A stretch of 63,253 nucleotides of DNA, counting the filler, from Globobulimina sp. (taxonomy: Eukaryota): the NCBI GenBank assembly GCA_003354225.1. It is 38 parts of 38 records of this genome, joined end to end, with 100 filler letters (N's around TTAATTAATTAA, not from the genome) between each part and the next. Parts side by side here need not be neighbours in the genome. Positions count along the whole stretch, not along the records: positions 23,355 to 24,921 come from PIVH01014725.1; positions 25,022 to 26,588 come from PIVH01014726.1; positions 26,689 to 28,255 come from PIVH01014727.1; positions 28,356 to 29,922 come from PIVH01014728.1; positions 30,023 to 31,589 come from PIVH01014729.1; positions 31,690 to 33,256 come from PIVH01014730.1; positions 33,357 to 34,923 come from PIVH01014731.1; positions 35,024 to 36,590 come from PIVH01014732.1; 30 more parts are not named here. One strand, 5' to 3'. The position numbers and the translations under genes are program-made. This document shows, piece by piece, positions 23,355 to 35,578 of this stretch. Every line of letters begins with the position of its first letter. The stretch's first letter is position 1. The notes under the pieces are model-generated. The model saw nothing but the letters and a program-made list of their open reading frames with translations. It made no database searches and was not told the DNA's origin.

Positions 23355-24921
23355 TTTTTTGTAATATTTGAGGATTTTTAAACTGCTGAAAATAATAAAT
23401 TCCAATTCCATCTTCCTCCAATTCCTCGTTGCAATTATCTCCAATTATCTCATTCCCTCCGCTTTCCAAAAAAATTGTTAATTCATTTAATTTCAATAAC
23501 AATTTATTTTGTACATCATTGACAATTGATTTTAGTTTTCCTGCATCGTATTCATAAAGTTGATATTTATGCATTTGGCGTTGTTCGGCCACCTTAATTT
23601 GATGACAATTTGGATGAGAATGCCACAAATAACTTAGTAAAATATGCAATATATCATCTGATAATATACAAACTAAACTATTACCACTACATTCAGCAGA
23701 ATGTAATGTATATAAAGTTTGATAAATTAAATAATTATTCGTATGTAAATACATAACATAACAATATTCAAAAATAAAATGAAATAAAAATTCCATTCCA
23801 TAAACTTGACCCATATTATTACAAATATGTTCGAATGAAACAGGATCTAACCAATGATCATAACTTTGCATAAATATTTGTGACATTTTATAATATCGAA
23901 TGACCAAATAAATCACAGCAATGTTAAACAAAACATCCAGGATCAACAATATATTAAACACCCATATTCTCCATAATAAGTATTCATTAATATTTGTGTT
24001 TGATACTGATGATACAATGTATATCCCCACATACAATACAATCATATAACTGAGCATAGTCAACACAAATATTTTAAAAAGCCATTTTAAGCGCAATGCT
24101 TTTGTAACAGCTGCATCATTCACAGTCAGTTTCAATTCATCGCATAATTTACAATTAAATAAACAATTTGAATATTTTTCATGTAACTCTTGAAATATTA
24201 ATATTTGCTCATTATTGTTTAAACCATTCATTACACGATCAATGAGACTCATATTTAATACGCGATGAGATAAATTTAATATTAATTGCTGATTATTATC
24301 GATTTTATTTGATGGATTTAACGGCTTCAATCTATCCAAAATAAAGTATGAAATATCAGCTTCCATCTGATTTGAATTACAATTCCCAATTAATTTATTA
24401 ATTGTATTGTTATGTTCATTGAGCCAATATATTAATCCTAAAATTAAAAGGTTTGGAGAGAGCAATGATAATATAAACAAACCAGCAACGCGCAATGATA
24501 TATAGATAGTATAATTAGTATTCCTTTCACGGTTAAACATAGAGAGATAAAATGCTGCACATAATGCAATAAAACCGTTTAAAATAAGTATGTAATAACC
24601 CTCCGGGGTCCACATATAAAACATAATGCGCCCGCTCCACATACACAAAGATAATATAAACAACCAAAAGAAATAACAACATATTGCAATACCAATAAGA
24701 GTGGTAATACAAATGCTTGATTTTAAAGATCGAAATTCTTTTAACATATTAGAAAAATTGATATATCCATAATTATAGTTTAACATTAATACATTATAAA
24801 GTACAGTAGTTGTTACATTATTAATTGTAGTTTTTGTCACTGTAATATAGGTTGAAGATGGTATAAATATTCGATTTAAATACATTCTTTTTATTTCTGC
24901 TTTTTCATAGAAACCCAATTC
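23355..24921 (-). CDS. Multi-pass membrane protein of unknown function (partial)
   Basis: About 520 stop-free codons, roughly six hydrophobic segments. Confidence 0.6.
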
Positions 24922-25021
24922 NNNNNNNNNNNNNNNNNNNNNNNNNNNNNNNNNNNNNNNNNNNNTTAATTAATTAANNNNNNNNNNNNNNNNNNNNNNN
25001 NNNNNNNNNNNNNNNNNNNNN

Positions 25022-25495
25022 TGGAAAATAGCCTGTAAATTAATTACAAATATGTTTTTTATGAGTGTCGGTGCAACAATGTTAATAATCATGGCTTGGT
25101 TTCCATATAACACCTTTTGGCTCATACACGCCACAGCCGCAGCATTTGGTATTTTAATTACTTTATTAGCTCAAGTCTTAGACACAATTTATTGGTATAA
25201 ATACATACATTTTAAAAAGTGTATCAATAAATCTTTTTATTGTTTAACGTTATATTCATTGGTGTGCTTATTGTCCTCCTTAACATTTTTTATTTTATGG
25301 ATGCATTCTGAATATGTATCATATGGCACTGACAATCATAAAAAAAAACGTAAACCATGGTGTGAATGGGTTGGTTTATTGTGTGCTGTCTTGGGATTTT
25401 TGACTCAAAGTGCTCACGGATTGACTATACATCAACATTTATACATCCGTCAAAACAAAGGTAAATTGTTAATAAATTCACAAAGATCGAAATAA
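25022..25495 (+). CDS. Frag1/DRAM/Sfk1-like membrane protein, C-terminal part
   Basis: IHATAA..G helix and CEW motif before the last TM helix. Confidence 0.6.
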   Translation, partial: WKIACKLITNMFFMSVGATMLIIMAWFPYNTFWLIHATAAAFGILITLLAQVLDTIYWYKYIHFKKCINKSFYCLTLYSLVCLLSSLTFFILWMHSEYVSYGTDNHKKKRKPWCEWVGLLCAVLGFLTQSAHGLTIHQHLYIRQNKGKLLINSQRSK

Positions 25496-25790
25496 TTCAA
25501 AATATTTACTAGCTTACATAAATATTACGTAATTGTATTTAACTTCAATGGAACCGTTGAACGCTCATATTTTTTGCCAGAATGCTAAATAGTATTTTTT
25601 TTTGAACTTGGTCTTACCCAAAAAAAACACAAAAAACCATCATCATCAGCCATCAACGTTCATCGTTCACTTGTTTCTATAGTTTGAACCCAGTGTATTA
25701 TCGTAAATTGATTTGATTTCAATCGTGTGGATTAAAACTATCGTAGTTTCCTCCCCAATTCAACATTGAATCAAACCATTATTAATAATA

Positions 25791-26588
25791 ATGAACTTTA
25801 CTTTACCATACAAATTCCAACAATCTGGACGCGTGGTTGTGATCCAACATTCCCATAATGGACATATACGCGTCTCACCCAACAACGTGAGCAGTGCAGA
25901 CGGCGGCGGCGGCACCGGACAGTTTGCCCGATGGAAGATACATTTATGTGGCGGTCATCACGTTCGTTTACAATCCTCCAAAACCGGCAAATATTTGCGA
26001 ATCTTTCGTAATGGCAAAGAGATCGATACGGCCGGCGGTACGGGTCCATTCACCAAATTTCGATTGCATTATCACAGCCGACCCAATGGTATTAAATTAG
26101 AATCGGATCGATTCCCCGGTCGGTATATCGCCGTAAAGCCGAATCGTAGCATGAAGATTGGCTCCGGTGGACATCATTGCAATTTATGGATAAAACGCGA
26201 AGGACAGCCCCAAGTCGTCAAAGTTGTACAACGGCCGCCAGTCATCGTACAGCAAGGTGGCGGAGGAGGGGGTGGCGCATTTAACGCGGCGTACATGTTT
26301 AGGAAAAATAACACCATCGTCATACGAAGTTAGGTCACGTACTTTCACTGTGAAACTGCCAAAATGACCGAAAATGTGTTTTTTATGCTGGGATATATAG
26401 GTAATTATGGCAAGCATTTGAGGGTATCGCCGGGTAACACGTATAACTGCGATGGCAATGGAGGTACGGGGAAATTTGCGCGATGGAAGGTGATGTTGGA
26501 CGGAATGGGTGTGGTTAAATTACAAAACACGCATTCTGGCAAATATTTACGTATTGACAACAGCGGCGCAGTCAATTGCGGCGGCAGT
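25791..26588 (+). CDS. Tandem beta-trefoil (fascin-like) repeat protein; intron 26329-26400 (3' partial)
   Basis: ~42-aa repeats VxLQS..GKYLRI..DGxGGTGxFARW; second trefoil starts after the 72-nt intron. Confidence 0.72.
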
Positions 26589-28111
26589 NNNNNNNNNNNN
26601 NNNNNNNNNNNNNNNNNNNNNNNNNNNNNNNNTTAATTAATTAANNNNNNNNNNNNNNNNNNNNNNNNNNNNNNNNNNNNNNNNNNNNATACCAATCACA
26701 TCAAACACATTTATCCGCATCGAATTTGATAAGATATACAACATCTGGACCTATATCTTAGTATATTTTGCACATAAAATAACTGTAAACACGCTGTACC
26801 ATCACAAAGACATCACAAACACGCAAAACATTTATAAAGCAATCCCAAATAACGTTATGCATCCATACAGTACTCACAAACCGCATTTATACAGCTATTA
26901 CAAGCATAACGTCATCAATGTTATGCACACACTCTGTACGCACACAATTTCGCTTCCTTCACACCAATACAATGATATCCACAGCAATATTTATATAGTA
27001 CAATAGTACAATGGTTTTGCTTTGTTTTTTATTTTATTTTTGTTTAAATCAAAATTGTACATTCGTCTTTGTTTTTTGCCGGAGACTTTGTTTGTTTTTC
27101 TATTGTTTCTATTATTTATTTGTATTGTTCTTGTTGCTAATTTGCTTTGTTTTTAAATCCGTGCTTAGTTTGTTTTTAATATATTTATACAATCTGCGTT
27201 GCTATGTTTTTGTTGTGTTTATTTTGCTATGTTTTGACTTATAATATTATGTTCAAAGTAATGTTCAAAGTAATGTTATTTACTATTGTTTGTTTTTTAT
27301 ATTACTGCATAATGATGGAATTTGAAGCAGCGGTGTGCCCGTGCCTTAAGTCATTATTGCAGTTTGTATTAATTGTCACTGGACAAGAACTACTTTAGTG
27401 TGTACTTTACTTGGTGATATATTTTTATTCACGTTTTTAGTAAAAAGTTTTCCATTTTTATCTTCAAAATTTCTGATTTTATTTATTTTTTTGTTTCTCG
27501 TGTTGTAGGAATTTTGTTTTAAGAGTTTATTTTGCTTTAAAAATACAGTGCACGGCCTCGAAAATACAGTGTATCGAACTATCCTATAATAAAAATACAG
27601 TGTCACCGGGCCACATTACACTGCCTTAGCTAGGAATGGACCGTATAAAATCTGGTATATTTGATGAGCAATGAAATGCGTTTCAGAATGTTATGATTAT
27701 AATACTTAATACGACGTCGAAATACATTCGCCAGTGTTGCATGGATTTATTCCCGATTTTTATCCTTCAGTAGGTTCATTATATTTGGATATCGATGGCT
27801 TTTCATCCTCGAATATCATCAGATTTTGTAAAATCCGTCTTATTCATTTTAAAGATGGTATGCTCGGCAGATATGCGCCAGGACAGATTGTGGGGATTGT
27901 TGGTGGCCAGATTCATATTACACTCAACAAAACATGCGCTGATTTGTAATCTCACTCAAGATCAATATCCAAATGCATTTCAAACAGGGTATGCAAGTAA
28001 TTTTATATTTGGGTCGATAGACCCTCATACCAGTGTTTTGAAAATTTTGAAATTTTTTGGGGTACTACTACTAGTACTAGTACTACTTTTTTTTAACATT
28101 TTTTTTTATCA

Positions 28112-28255
28112 GAATTTTGTACCAGAATTTCAGAAACGAATTTTGTACCTGAATTTCACAAACGAATTTTGTACCTGAATTTCACAAACGAATTTTGTAC
28201 ATGAATTTCAGAAACGAATTTTGTACATGAATTTCGGAAACGAATTTTGTACATG
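28112..28255. repeat. 26-bp minisatellite GAATTTTGTAC(C/A)TGAATTTCA(C/G)AAAC, ~5.5 copies to contig end
   Basis: Direct reading; each unit is two related 13-mers starting GAATTT. Confidence 0.95.
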
Positions 28256-28555
28256 NNNNNNNNNNNNNNNNNNNNNNNNNNNNNNNNNNNNNNNNNNNNT
28301 TAATTAATTAANNNNNNNNNNNNNNNNNNNNNNNNNNNNNNNNNNNNNNNNNNNNTTTCTAAGGGAAAAAACTGATTTTTTCCTGTTTAAAAACAGATTT
28401 TTCCGATAAAGCAAAAATGGCTTATGTAATGTTTGCATTGTCTTATATTTTTAATTTAAAAAAACATCTGACGATTAACATAACAAAATAAATGATTTCC
28501 ACAAAATAAACAACAAACATTTCGGTGTGGTTTTTTGTTCTCATCAAAACCGACC

Positions 28556-29922
28556 ATGTCCCACAAACGACATCGAGATGAAACATCTGAACAAGTCAAT
28601 ACTCATCACAAACGATTAAAAGACGATCACGGAGTTATTCAATCTTCTCAGCTTTCTCTTTTTTCCATCTCCATTTCCATTTCCATTTCCATTTCCATTT
28701 CAGTTTCAAATCAATTTAATTTAATTTTTATGTAAAATGAGCAATTTATAATAACACAAAAAAAGGTTCCGCATCGTGTAGATCCAATGCGATTTGATAA
28801 AAGTACACCGAATAATAACAATTGTGAAGGTTGGGTAGAAAATCAAACATTTGCATTTGGCAGTGATGGTGTATCAGTATCAATGCATCATGATCCATTT
28901 GCAATGCCTTTACCTGATGATGAGAATGAGAATGATAACAAAATGAAAATGGGTATCCATAATACAAACGATAACGATACAGAATTTGGATTATTATTGT
29001 ATGAGTTAGCATCATTAAATGTAGGTAATAACAGACATTCCCACGATAACAATAACAATAATCATAGCAATGGCAATGGCAATGTGGATGGGGGCAGTAA
29101 GGACAATGAGCAACAAACATGTCCAATATGTTCAGGTCGTATATCATTGGCAGAATTTCCCGACCATGTCCATACATGTTTAGATAGGATGGATGCCGGC
29201 GACAGAAATGATATGAGAACTCAACTTGAGAGAGATAGCGATTTTGCAGCCCGATATGCTTTGAATGTATGTAGTAGCTATTTGTATTTATATCGATATC
29301 GATATCCTTGCGCAATAATATAATATAATATAATATAATATAATATAATACATTGCATTGTGTTGTATATAGCATGGCTATGTGACAGATTATGGCATAA
29401 CATGTCCAATTTGTAATAAACAATGTCCGCTGGGAACAGGAATCAATGAGCATATAAATCAATGTATAGATGAACAAGAAGCAAAAATGGATGATGAGGA
29501 CGACGACGATGAAGATGATGACATAAATATTAATTCAAATAATAATAATAATAATAATGTAAATGTAAAGAAAGTAGCGCCATTAAGCAGGGAACAAATG
29601 ATTTCCTGCGCCTCTAAATTGATGACATTGCAACAAGGATCCCAGCAATTTGATAATATGTTGGATATGTTTGGTGCTTTAGGTTTTAATAAAGCAAATG
29701 TTAAATCTGTGTTAGACATTGAGAAGAAACAAAGTAATAATAATCATAATCATAAAATGAATCCAGAACAACAACAACAACAACAAGAAGAAGAAGAAGA
29801 AGAAGATAATACTACATTAAGTCCAATCGCTGAAGAAGATGTTGATTTATTCGGACAAATCAAGAACAAGAATAATAATAATAATAATTGTAATAATTTC
29901 GCAAATTCAAACGACATTAATC
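28556..29922 (+). CDS. Multi-exon protein with two UBZ (Rad18-type) zinc fingers and a UBA-like motif (3' partial)
   Basis: TCPICSG..PDHVHTCLD and TCPICNK..INEHINQCID; FGALGFNK; introns carry (TTTCCA)n and (AATAT)n. Confidence 0.72.
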
Positions 29923-30022
29923 NNNNNNNNNNNNNNNNNNNNNNNNNNNNNNNNNNNNNNNNNNNNTTAATTAATTAANNNNNNNNNNNNNNNNNNNNNN
30001 NNNNNNNNNNNNNNNNNNNNNN

Positions 30023-30450
30023 GAAAACATATTTGTTGGGATGAACAGAGTTAATATCGATACATGATGGAATATTATAGATAGGAAGATAAAATTTGGC
30101 AAATCGTTTGCTTTATAAACAAATTTATTTAAAATGAGCGTCAATGAGTCATTAATATCGTATGCAGCCTCCATTAACACGCCTTCACGAATGAAAAACA
30201 GTGAATTGGAATAAAAGCCGTATAATACGAATATGACCGTACACGAATGCTGTACCCCGGCACAGCAATACACTAAAAACTCTGCTTCTGTAATACTGGT
30301 CGTGATTGCTCTTTGATATGCTGCTGTTTTTGCAAATTTCTGTTTTACAGAATATGTAAGAAATTTAAATATATAGTGCCAAAGGATCGACTCAAATACG
30401 AGATGAACCATATTTCCTTCAATTGTTGCATTGTCAGCAATTAGGTCCAT
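30023..30450 (-). CDS. TLC (TRAM/LAG1/CLN8)-domain-like membrane protein (3' partial)
   Basis: VQH helix, AYDIND, IIFHH. Confidence 0.65.
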
Positions 30451-30502
30451 GGGACTAGTCAGTTGCTTACGAAAATCTTAATCCGAACATTTGAATTGAA
30501 CA

Positions 30503-31573
30503 ATGTCACAGCCGAAACCAACAATGCCCCAAATCAAAACCTCATTTGGTTTTACAAAACAGACAGACGACTCTAAGGATTTAGGAGTAAAATTAGTATT
30601 ATACGATTTTGATCAAACGATAACTTGTGATCATTTATATTACGAATTGGATGGAGGACAAGAAGATGAATTAAAAAAAATGTCAGACGATAAATTGTTG
30701 GATGTATTTGGCGGCGATGACCGCAAAGAACGTTTAATACAACATTTTGAACGCATTGAATCGAGCAATTGCGAGTTAGTCATACTCTCTTTTGGGTGGC
30801 AGCAAGTCATTAAAAATGCGCTGATACGCATGGGAATGTTTCGATTTTTCGATAAAAATACATCTATCATCGGTAAGGACTCTCAATTGCTGAAAATTGC
30901 AAATAACTCTAAAGCACAATGTATTTCTAAAATGAAATCTGACAAAAAGCTACGATCTGCGCAGGTATATTGCCATATATTTGAGGTCTGACACTCGCAA
31001 AATCGCATCCGCGCATACTCTATTTCTTAGATATTGTTTATCGACGATGACAATGTAAATATTCGCAGAGCAACGCGTTACTGTCAGGCAATATTAATTG
31101 ATCAACGCAAAGGTATGACATTGGAGCACATGGAGCAGATTGAAGGGAAATGTGGTGTTTGGAACTTGGAAGCAATCTCTTTGGATATAACTACACCGAA
31201 AACGGTGCAATCACAGATCTCAAAACATTATCCATCACAGCCACAGAACAATGGCAATGGGAATGGCAATAAGAAGAGGAACAAATTGGATAAGTATAAG
31301 ATAACATCGGTGCCGGATTGGTTTGGTGCTTTAAGCAACACCGAGACAGACACGCCGGTCATACAAATTGGAGGGGACCAAACACCGGTTTCTGAGTCTG
31401 GTGAGTACGAATTGAATGTGCCTCTGTTAAATAATGAGTTGGCGGACATAAATAATAAACAGAACAATGAATTGTCACTCAACAATTTCGACTCAACCGA
31501 TCTTTCTGACAATTATAATGAGAATGATGATGGGGGTAATAATCAAGAACAGAAACCTGAAATAAATAAATAA
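30503..31573 (+). CDS. HAD-superfamily phosphatase; intron 30965-31030
   Basis: Motif I VLYDFDQT, motif II ILS, Lys in SKAQC, motif IV ILFIDDD..N after splicing. Confidence 0.88.
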
Positions 31574-31733
31574 ATAAATAAATATTGCGNNNNNNNNNNN
31601 NNNNNNNNNNNNNNNNNNNNNNNNNNNNNNNNNTTAATTAATTAANNNNNNNNNNNNNNNNNNNNNNNNNNNNNNNNNNNNNNNNNNNNGTAAATTGAAA
31701 TTTCGAAAAAAAGTTTACATTGCAATTAAATAG

Positions 31734-33134
31734 TTAGAGAGCGGTACCACGTTCAAGATTTGCTCTGATTTCAGCCGTATATTTACCATAAGCTCTTTCC
31801 ACTTTTTTATTAAACACCATATTTCTTTTATTAATATACGATACGTCCGCATCTTGATAATACGTACGACGGCGTTGAAACTTTCCTCTTTTCGCAATCT
31901 GCTCATTCAATTCACTCACCATATTATCAATATCATCCTCATTAATCCCCTTCTCATTTTGTGCATAATCCAATGAATTGACATTGCATAACACCCTTGT
32001 GTTTGCAATATATCCCATCATCACTCCCTTATCATTGCTATTCTTTATCCGTTTATTATACGCCGTATACAACGTATCATCATTGAACACATTCCATCCA
32101 AACGGGGCTGTTTTCCTTTTCTTTTTCTCGCGTACATTTTGAGCATATTCAGCCGACTCATATAACAGAGACAGATTTGGATCGCGATATGTTTCAATCA
32201 GTTCGCGTTTGCGTTTCTTGCTTTTCTTGTCATATTTCTTTCGATTTTCCCTTGAAATGTCATAGTCGCTTTTATTGCTTTTTTCGTGCTGTTCAATAAT
32301 GGCCTTTTTATTCAATTTCCTGGCTTCATTTCGCTTCATTCGCAGCTCCCATAATTTGCTATTTATTTGCGGCGGTTGTTGTGCTTCCTTTGTCTGCTGT
32401 TCTTGTGCCAGTTTTTCCTCTTTTTCTTCTTCTTCTTCTTGCTCAATAACTGGCGTTGCAATTTCTTGTTGGTCAAATATTGTTTTTTCAATGTTTTTCC
32501 ATATTTTCATATCGCCGCATTCTGCGATTTTAACCGGGAATTTTGGTTTATTTGGGTTCGTTTTGTATTGTTTGACGGGCAAATTTTGGATGACATTCAC
32601 GACATTCATGCCAGAAATAACTTGTCCAAAAACAACGTGTTTATTATCCAAATGTTTTTGGGCCGAACAGGTTATAAAAAATTGCGACGAGTTTTGATTT
32701 GGTCCACAATTTGCCATTGATACCAAACCGGGTTTGTCATGTTTCAAAATAAAATTTTCATCCTGGAAGTTTTGGCCATAAATGGATTCTCAGCCGATGC
32801 CGCTTCCTTTCGTGATATCACCGCCCTGAATCATGAAATTACGGATAATTCGGTGAAATTTGCATCGTTTGTAACAAAGCAGTTTTGACCCATTCGATTT
32901 ACATTTGCCTTTGTCGCCTTGTTGCGTTGCGTTGTGTTGTGGTGTGGTGTAAGGATAATTGCATAGAGTTTAAATAGATGTCGATGACGCGTACGAACCT
33001 GTACATAAGTAGTAAAAATTTGAGCTTGTTTTCGGGACAATATCGTTAAATAATTCAATTACAATTCTTCCTATTGGTTCATCCGCCAACTCAATGTCGA
33101 GAAAAACGTGTTGTCTTTCTACTTTTTGTGACAT
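31734..33134 (-). CDS. SYF2: Cyclophilin-SYF2 fusion; intron 32918-32998; in-frame TGA at 32790-32792
   Basis: [59 protein letters not shown]-terminal [37 protein letters not shown]. Confidence 0.92.
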
Positions 33135-33356
33135 GATGTGATCGTGAAGTTCACATGAAAAAAATGTCGAAAATGACTGTACATATAATGGCAGCGTTAT
33201 TAACCGCACTTGCTTTAATATTACGCACAAATTCGGAGACAATATGGTTGGAAAGANNNNNNNNNNNNNNNNNNNNNNNNNNNNNNNNNNNNNNNNNNNN
33301 TTAATTAATTAANNNNNNNNNNNNNNNNNNNNNNNNNNNNNNNNNNNNNNNNNNNN

Positions 33357-34802
33357 ATGGAAACGCAGAAACACATGAATAGTATGTCGCGTTCAATTGC
33401 GACATTATTTTTGCTATTGTATATGACGCAAATCGCCAAACCACTTGACAATTTGCATAATTTGGATGTTGATAAATTTTTATCAAAAATTTTAAAACCA
33501 ATCGCGATGTGGATATCGGAGACCTCCTCGGCTGACATAGAGACTGTGCGCGTATTGTTGGAATTGTTGGAGCATAATGATACGGAGTATCAGCGTCAAG
33601 TATTGTGCATTTTGCATGGCATCTTATTGTGGATCGAGTGGAAAGAATCTGCGCTCTGTGAAATTGAATCGAATTTCTTTGACCGTATCACAGATTTGTT
33701 AGCCACAAGTTTGTGGAGAGAGGCCACCATGATTTTGGAAGTGGTGGTGAAATTCAATAACAATTCATCCGAGTCGCCATCATTATTATTCTCGCCGGAT
33801 GGAAATATCCTGGCTTCGCCAAGAAAAGGCGTGTTGAGTCTAGATAATATTCATGAAAATCAGAATGCAAATCATTACCAAAATAATACAAGTAATAAAA
33901 ATCGGCAATTAGCCATAGAATGTGCGGATCATAAGGGAGGATTCCAACCGTTTAAAGTGTCAAAGGATATGCCACCATTCAGTCCAAATAATGTCCGGAC
34001 CAAACAAATCCAACAAGACCGGCATACAAATCTTGGATTTCATAAATATGCGTCGGCGGACGCATCGCCTCAGCATTCAACCCCAAAAATGCAAAATAAA
34101 AATAGTAAAATCCAGAATAAAAGTGATGGTCAAAAAATGGTATCCGCTGCATTGGCGTCATGGCAATTGGTGGTCTCAGACAGCAGAAATGAGGAATGTT
34201 GTTCGCCATTGCCTCGTAATACAAAAATTGTTGCGGATTTATTACAAAAATCAAGTATCGCATTTAAAGCACACAAAGATGAATTAGATGCAAATAAAGA
34301 GAATCGAGAAAAAGCTACATTTTCTGCGCGAAGATCCTTGGATAAATTGTTAGCTCTCTCTGGCTTAAAAAAAGAAAAAGACGCCAATAGTGTGAATAAT
34401 AGTTTTTTAATTCGAAGCACGAACACACCGCCAAATAATAGAAAAATAAAACGAGATCTAAAGCATTTTAATAATGTGACTGTAGTGCCACCGTCGCGGA
34501 CTGATAGTATTGATTCGGAAAAAAAAGAAGATAATAATCCATATATTGATAAGAATCTAATCCAAGCCCAGCAGGAATATAATCCAATAAAAAATAAGCA
34601 ATTTGAAAAAGAACATAACGTAGTTATAAAGATCGAAAATGAAAATCAAGATATAAAGGAATTCAATACAAACCAATCAAATCAATCAAATAAATCAAAA
34701 AGAAGTAAATGGAATAAAGCTTTATCAAATGAACCAAAAGAAGCAAAAGAAGATAAAGAAAATGAAGGAATAAAAGAACAAAATAGCAATGTTTCTGAAT
34801 AA
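33357..34802 (+). CDS. Furry/MOR2-PAG1-like protein, C-terminal part
   Basis: LLELLE..YQRQVLCIL, LLATSLWREATMILEVVV, then disordered tail. Confidence 0.68.
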   Translation: METQKHMNSMSRSIATLFLLLYMTQIAKPLDNLHNLDVDKFLSKILKPIAMWISETSSADIETVRVLLELLEHNDTEYQRQVLCILHGILLWIEWKESALCEIESNFFDRITDLLATSLWREATMILEVVVKFNNNSSESPSLLFSPDGNILASPRKGVLSLDNIHENQNANHYQNNTSNKNRQLAIECADHKGGFQPFKVSKDMPPFSPNNVRTKQIQQDRHTNLGFHKYASADASPQHSTPKMQNKNSKIQNKSDGQKMVSAALASWQLVVSDSRNEECCSPLPRNTKIVADLLQKSSIAFKAHKDELDANKENREKATFSARRSLDKLLALSGLKKEKDANSVNNSFLIRSTNTPPNNRKIKRDLKHFNNVTVVPPSRTDSIDSEKKEDNNPYIDKNLIQAQQEYNPIKNKQFEKEHNVVIKIENENQDIKEFNTNQSNQSNKSKRSKWNKALSNEPKEAKEDKENEGIKEQNSNVSE

Positions 34803-35023
34803 CTATATGAGAAACAAAATTGATTGAAATTGTTTGTGTGTTTTTTTTTTGATTGATCGAAGATGATTCGATTTGTGACTTTTGTAATTGATCACTATTT
34901 AAATATATTAAAATGGGCTATAANNNNNNNNNNNNNNNNNNNNNNNNNNNNNNNNNNNNNNNNNNNNTTAATTAATTAANNNNNNNNNNNNNNNNNNNNN
35001 NNNNNNNNNNNNNNNNNNNNNNN

Positions 35024-35409
35024 TATCAGCAGTCAAAGCAGAGTTATTTAAATTCTACAATTCTTTTTTTTTTGTCTTTGTATAATATACACAAAAAAAA
35101 TACAAAAAAAAACAGAGATGTTATGACAACACGATCGAATTTAGCCACCGCAACGAAATCCGATTCATTGATTGACATTGCAATAGCTATGATGGAGAAA
35201 AATATAAGACATATGTATGTGTTTATTATTTCACATTTTAAATTATATATTTTAAATCATTTAGCCCCGTAATGAAAGGAGATAGCTGCGAAGGAATGTT
35301 ATCCATTAAGGATGTTGTTGGCGTAGTATTGACATTAGAAAGAAAAGAAAACGAAGACTTGCAAGATATCGTAACAGATTCATACAGTCACAAAACCCAA
35401 AAAAAATAA
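35024..35409 (+). CDS. CBS-domain protein, last exons
   Basis: Spliced DVMTT..MMEKNIRHIPVM..CEGMLSIKDVV. Confidence 0.82.
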
Positions 35410-35578
35410 ATAAAAAAATATAATTATTCTATTGTTATTATTGTGTGTTTATGAACCCTAAAAGAACAACACTGAACACTCGTACGATCAGCAACGCTGA
35501 ACAACAGCGTCTCGTAATACTGTATAATGATGCAGTTACCACAGAAAACCTTTGAGTAGACACTGAGCTCTGTATCTA

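Noticed and set aside
26689-27606. Short Phe/Leu/Cys-rich ORFs, and antisense ORFs such as 28746-29477 and 59120-59752
   Set aside because: Products of T-rich non-coding DNA or shadows of real genes.
28112-28255. CRISPR array or telomere
   Set aside because: No unique spacers; the 26-bp unit is unlike a G-rich telomeric repeat.
32790-32792. Genome-wide reassignment of TGA
   Set aside because: TGA ends other genes at expected positions (14768, 61282) and Trp is TGG; only a site-specific explanation remains.
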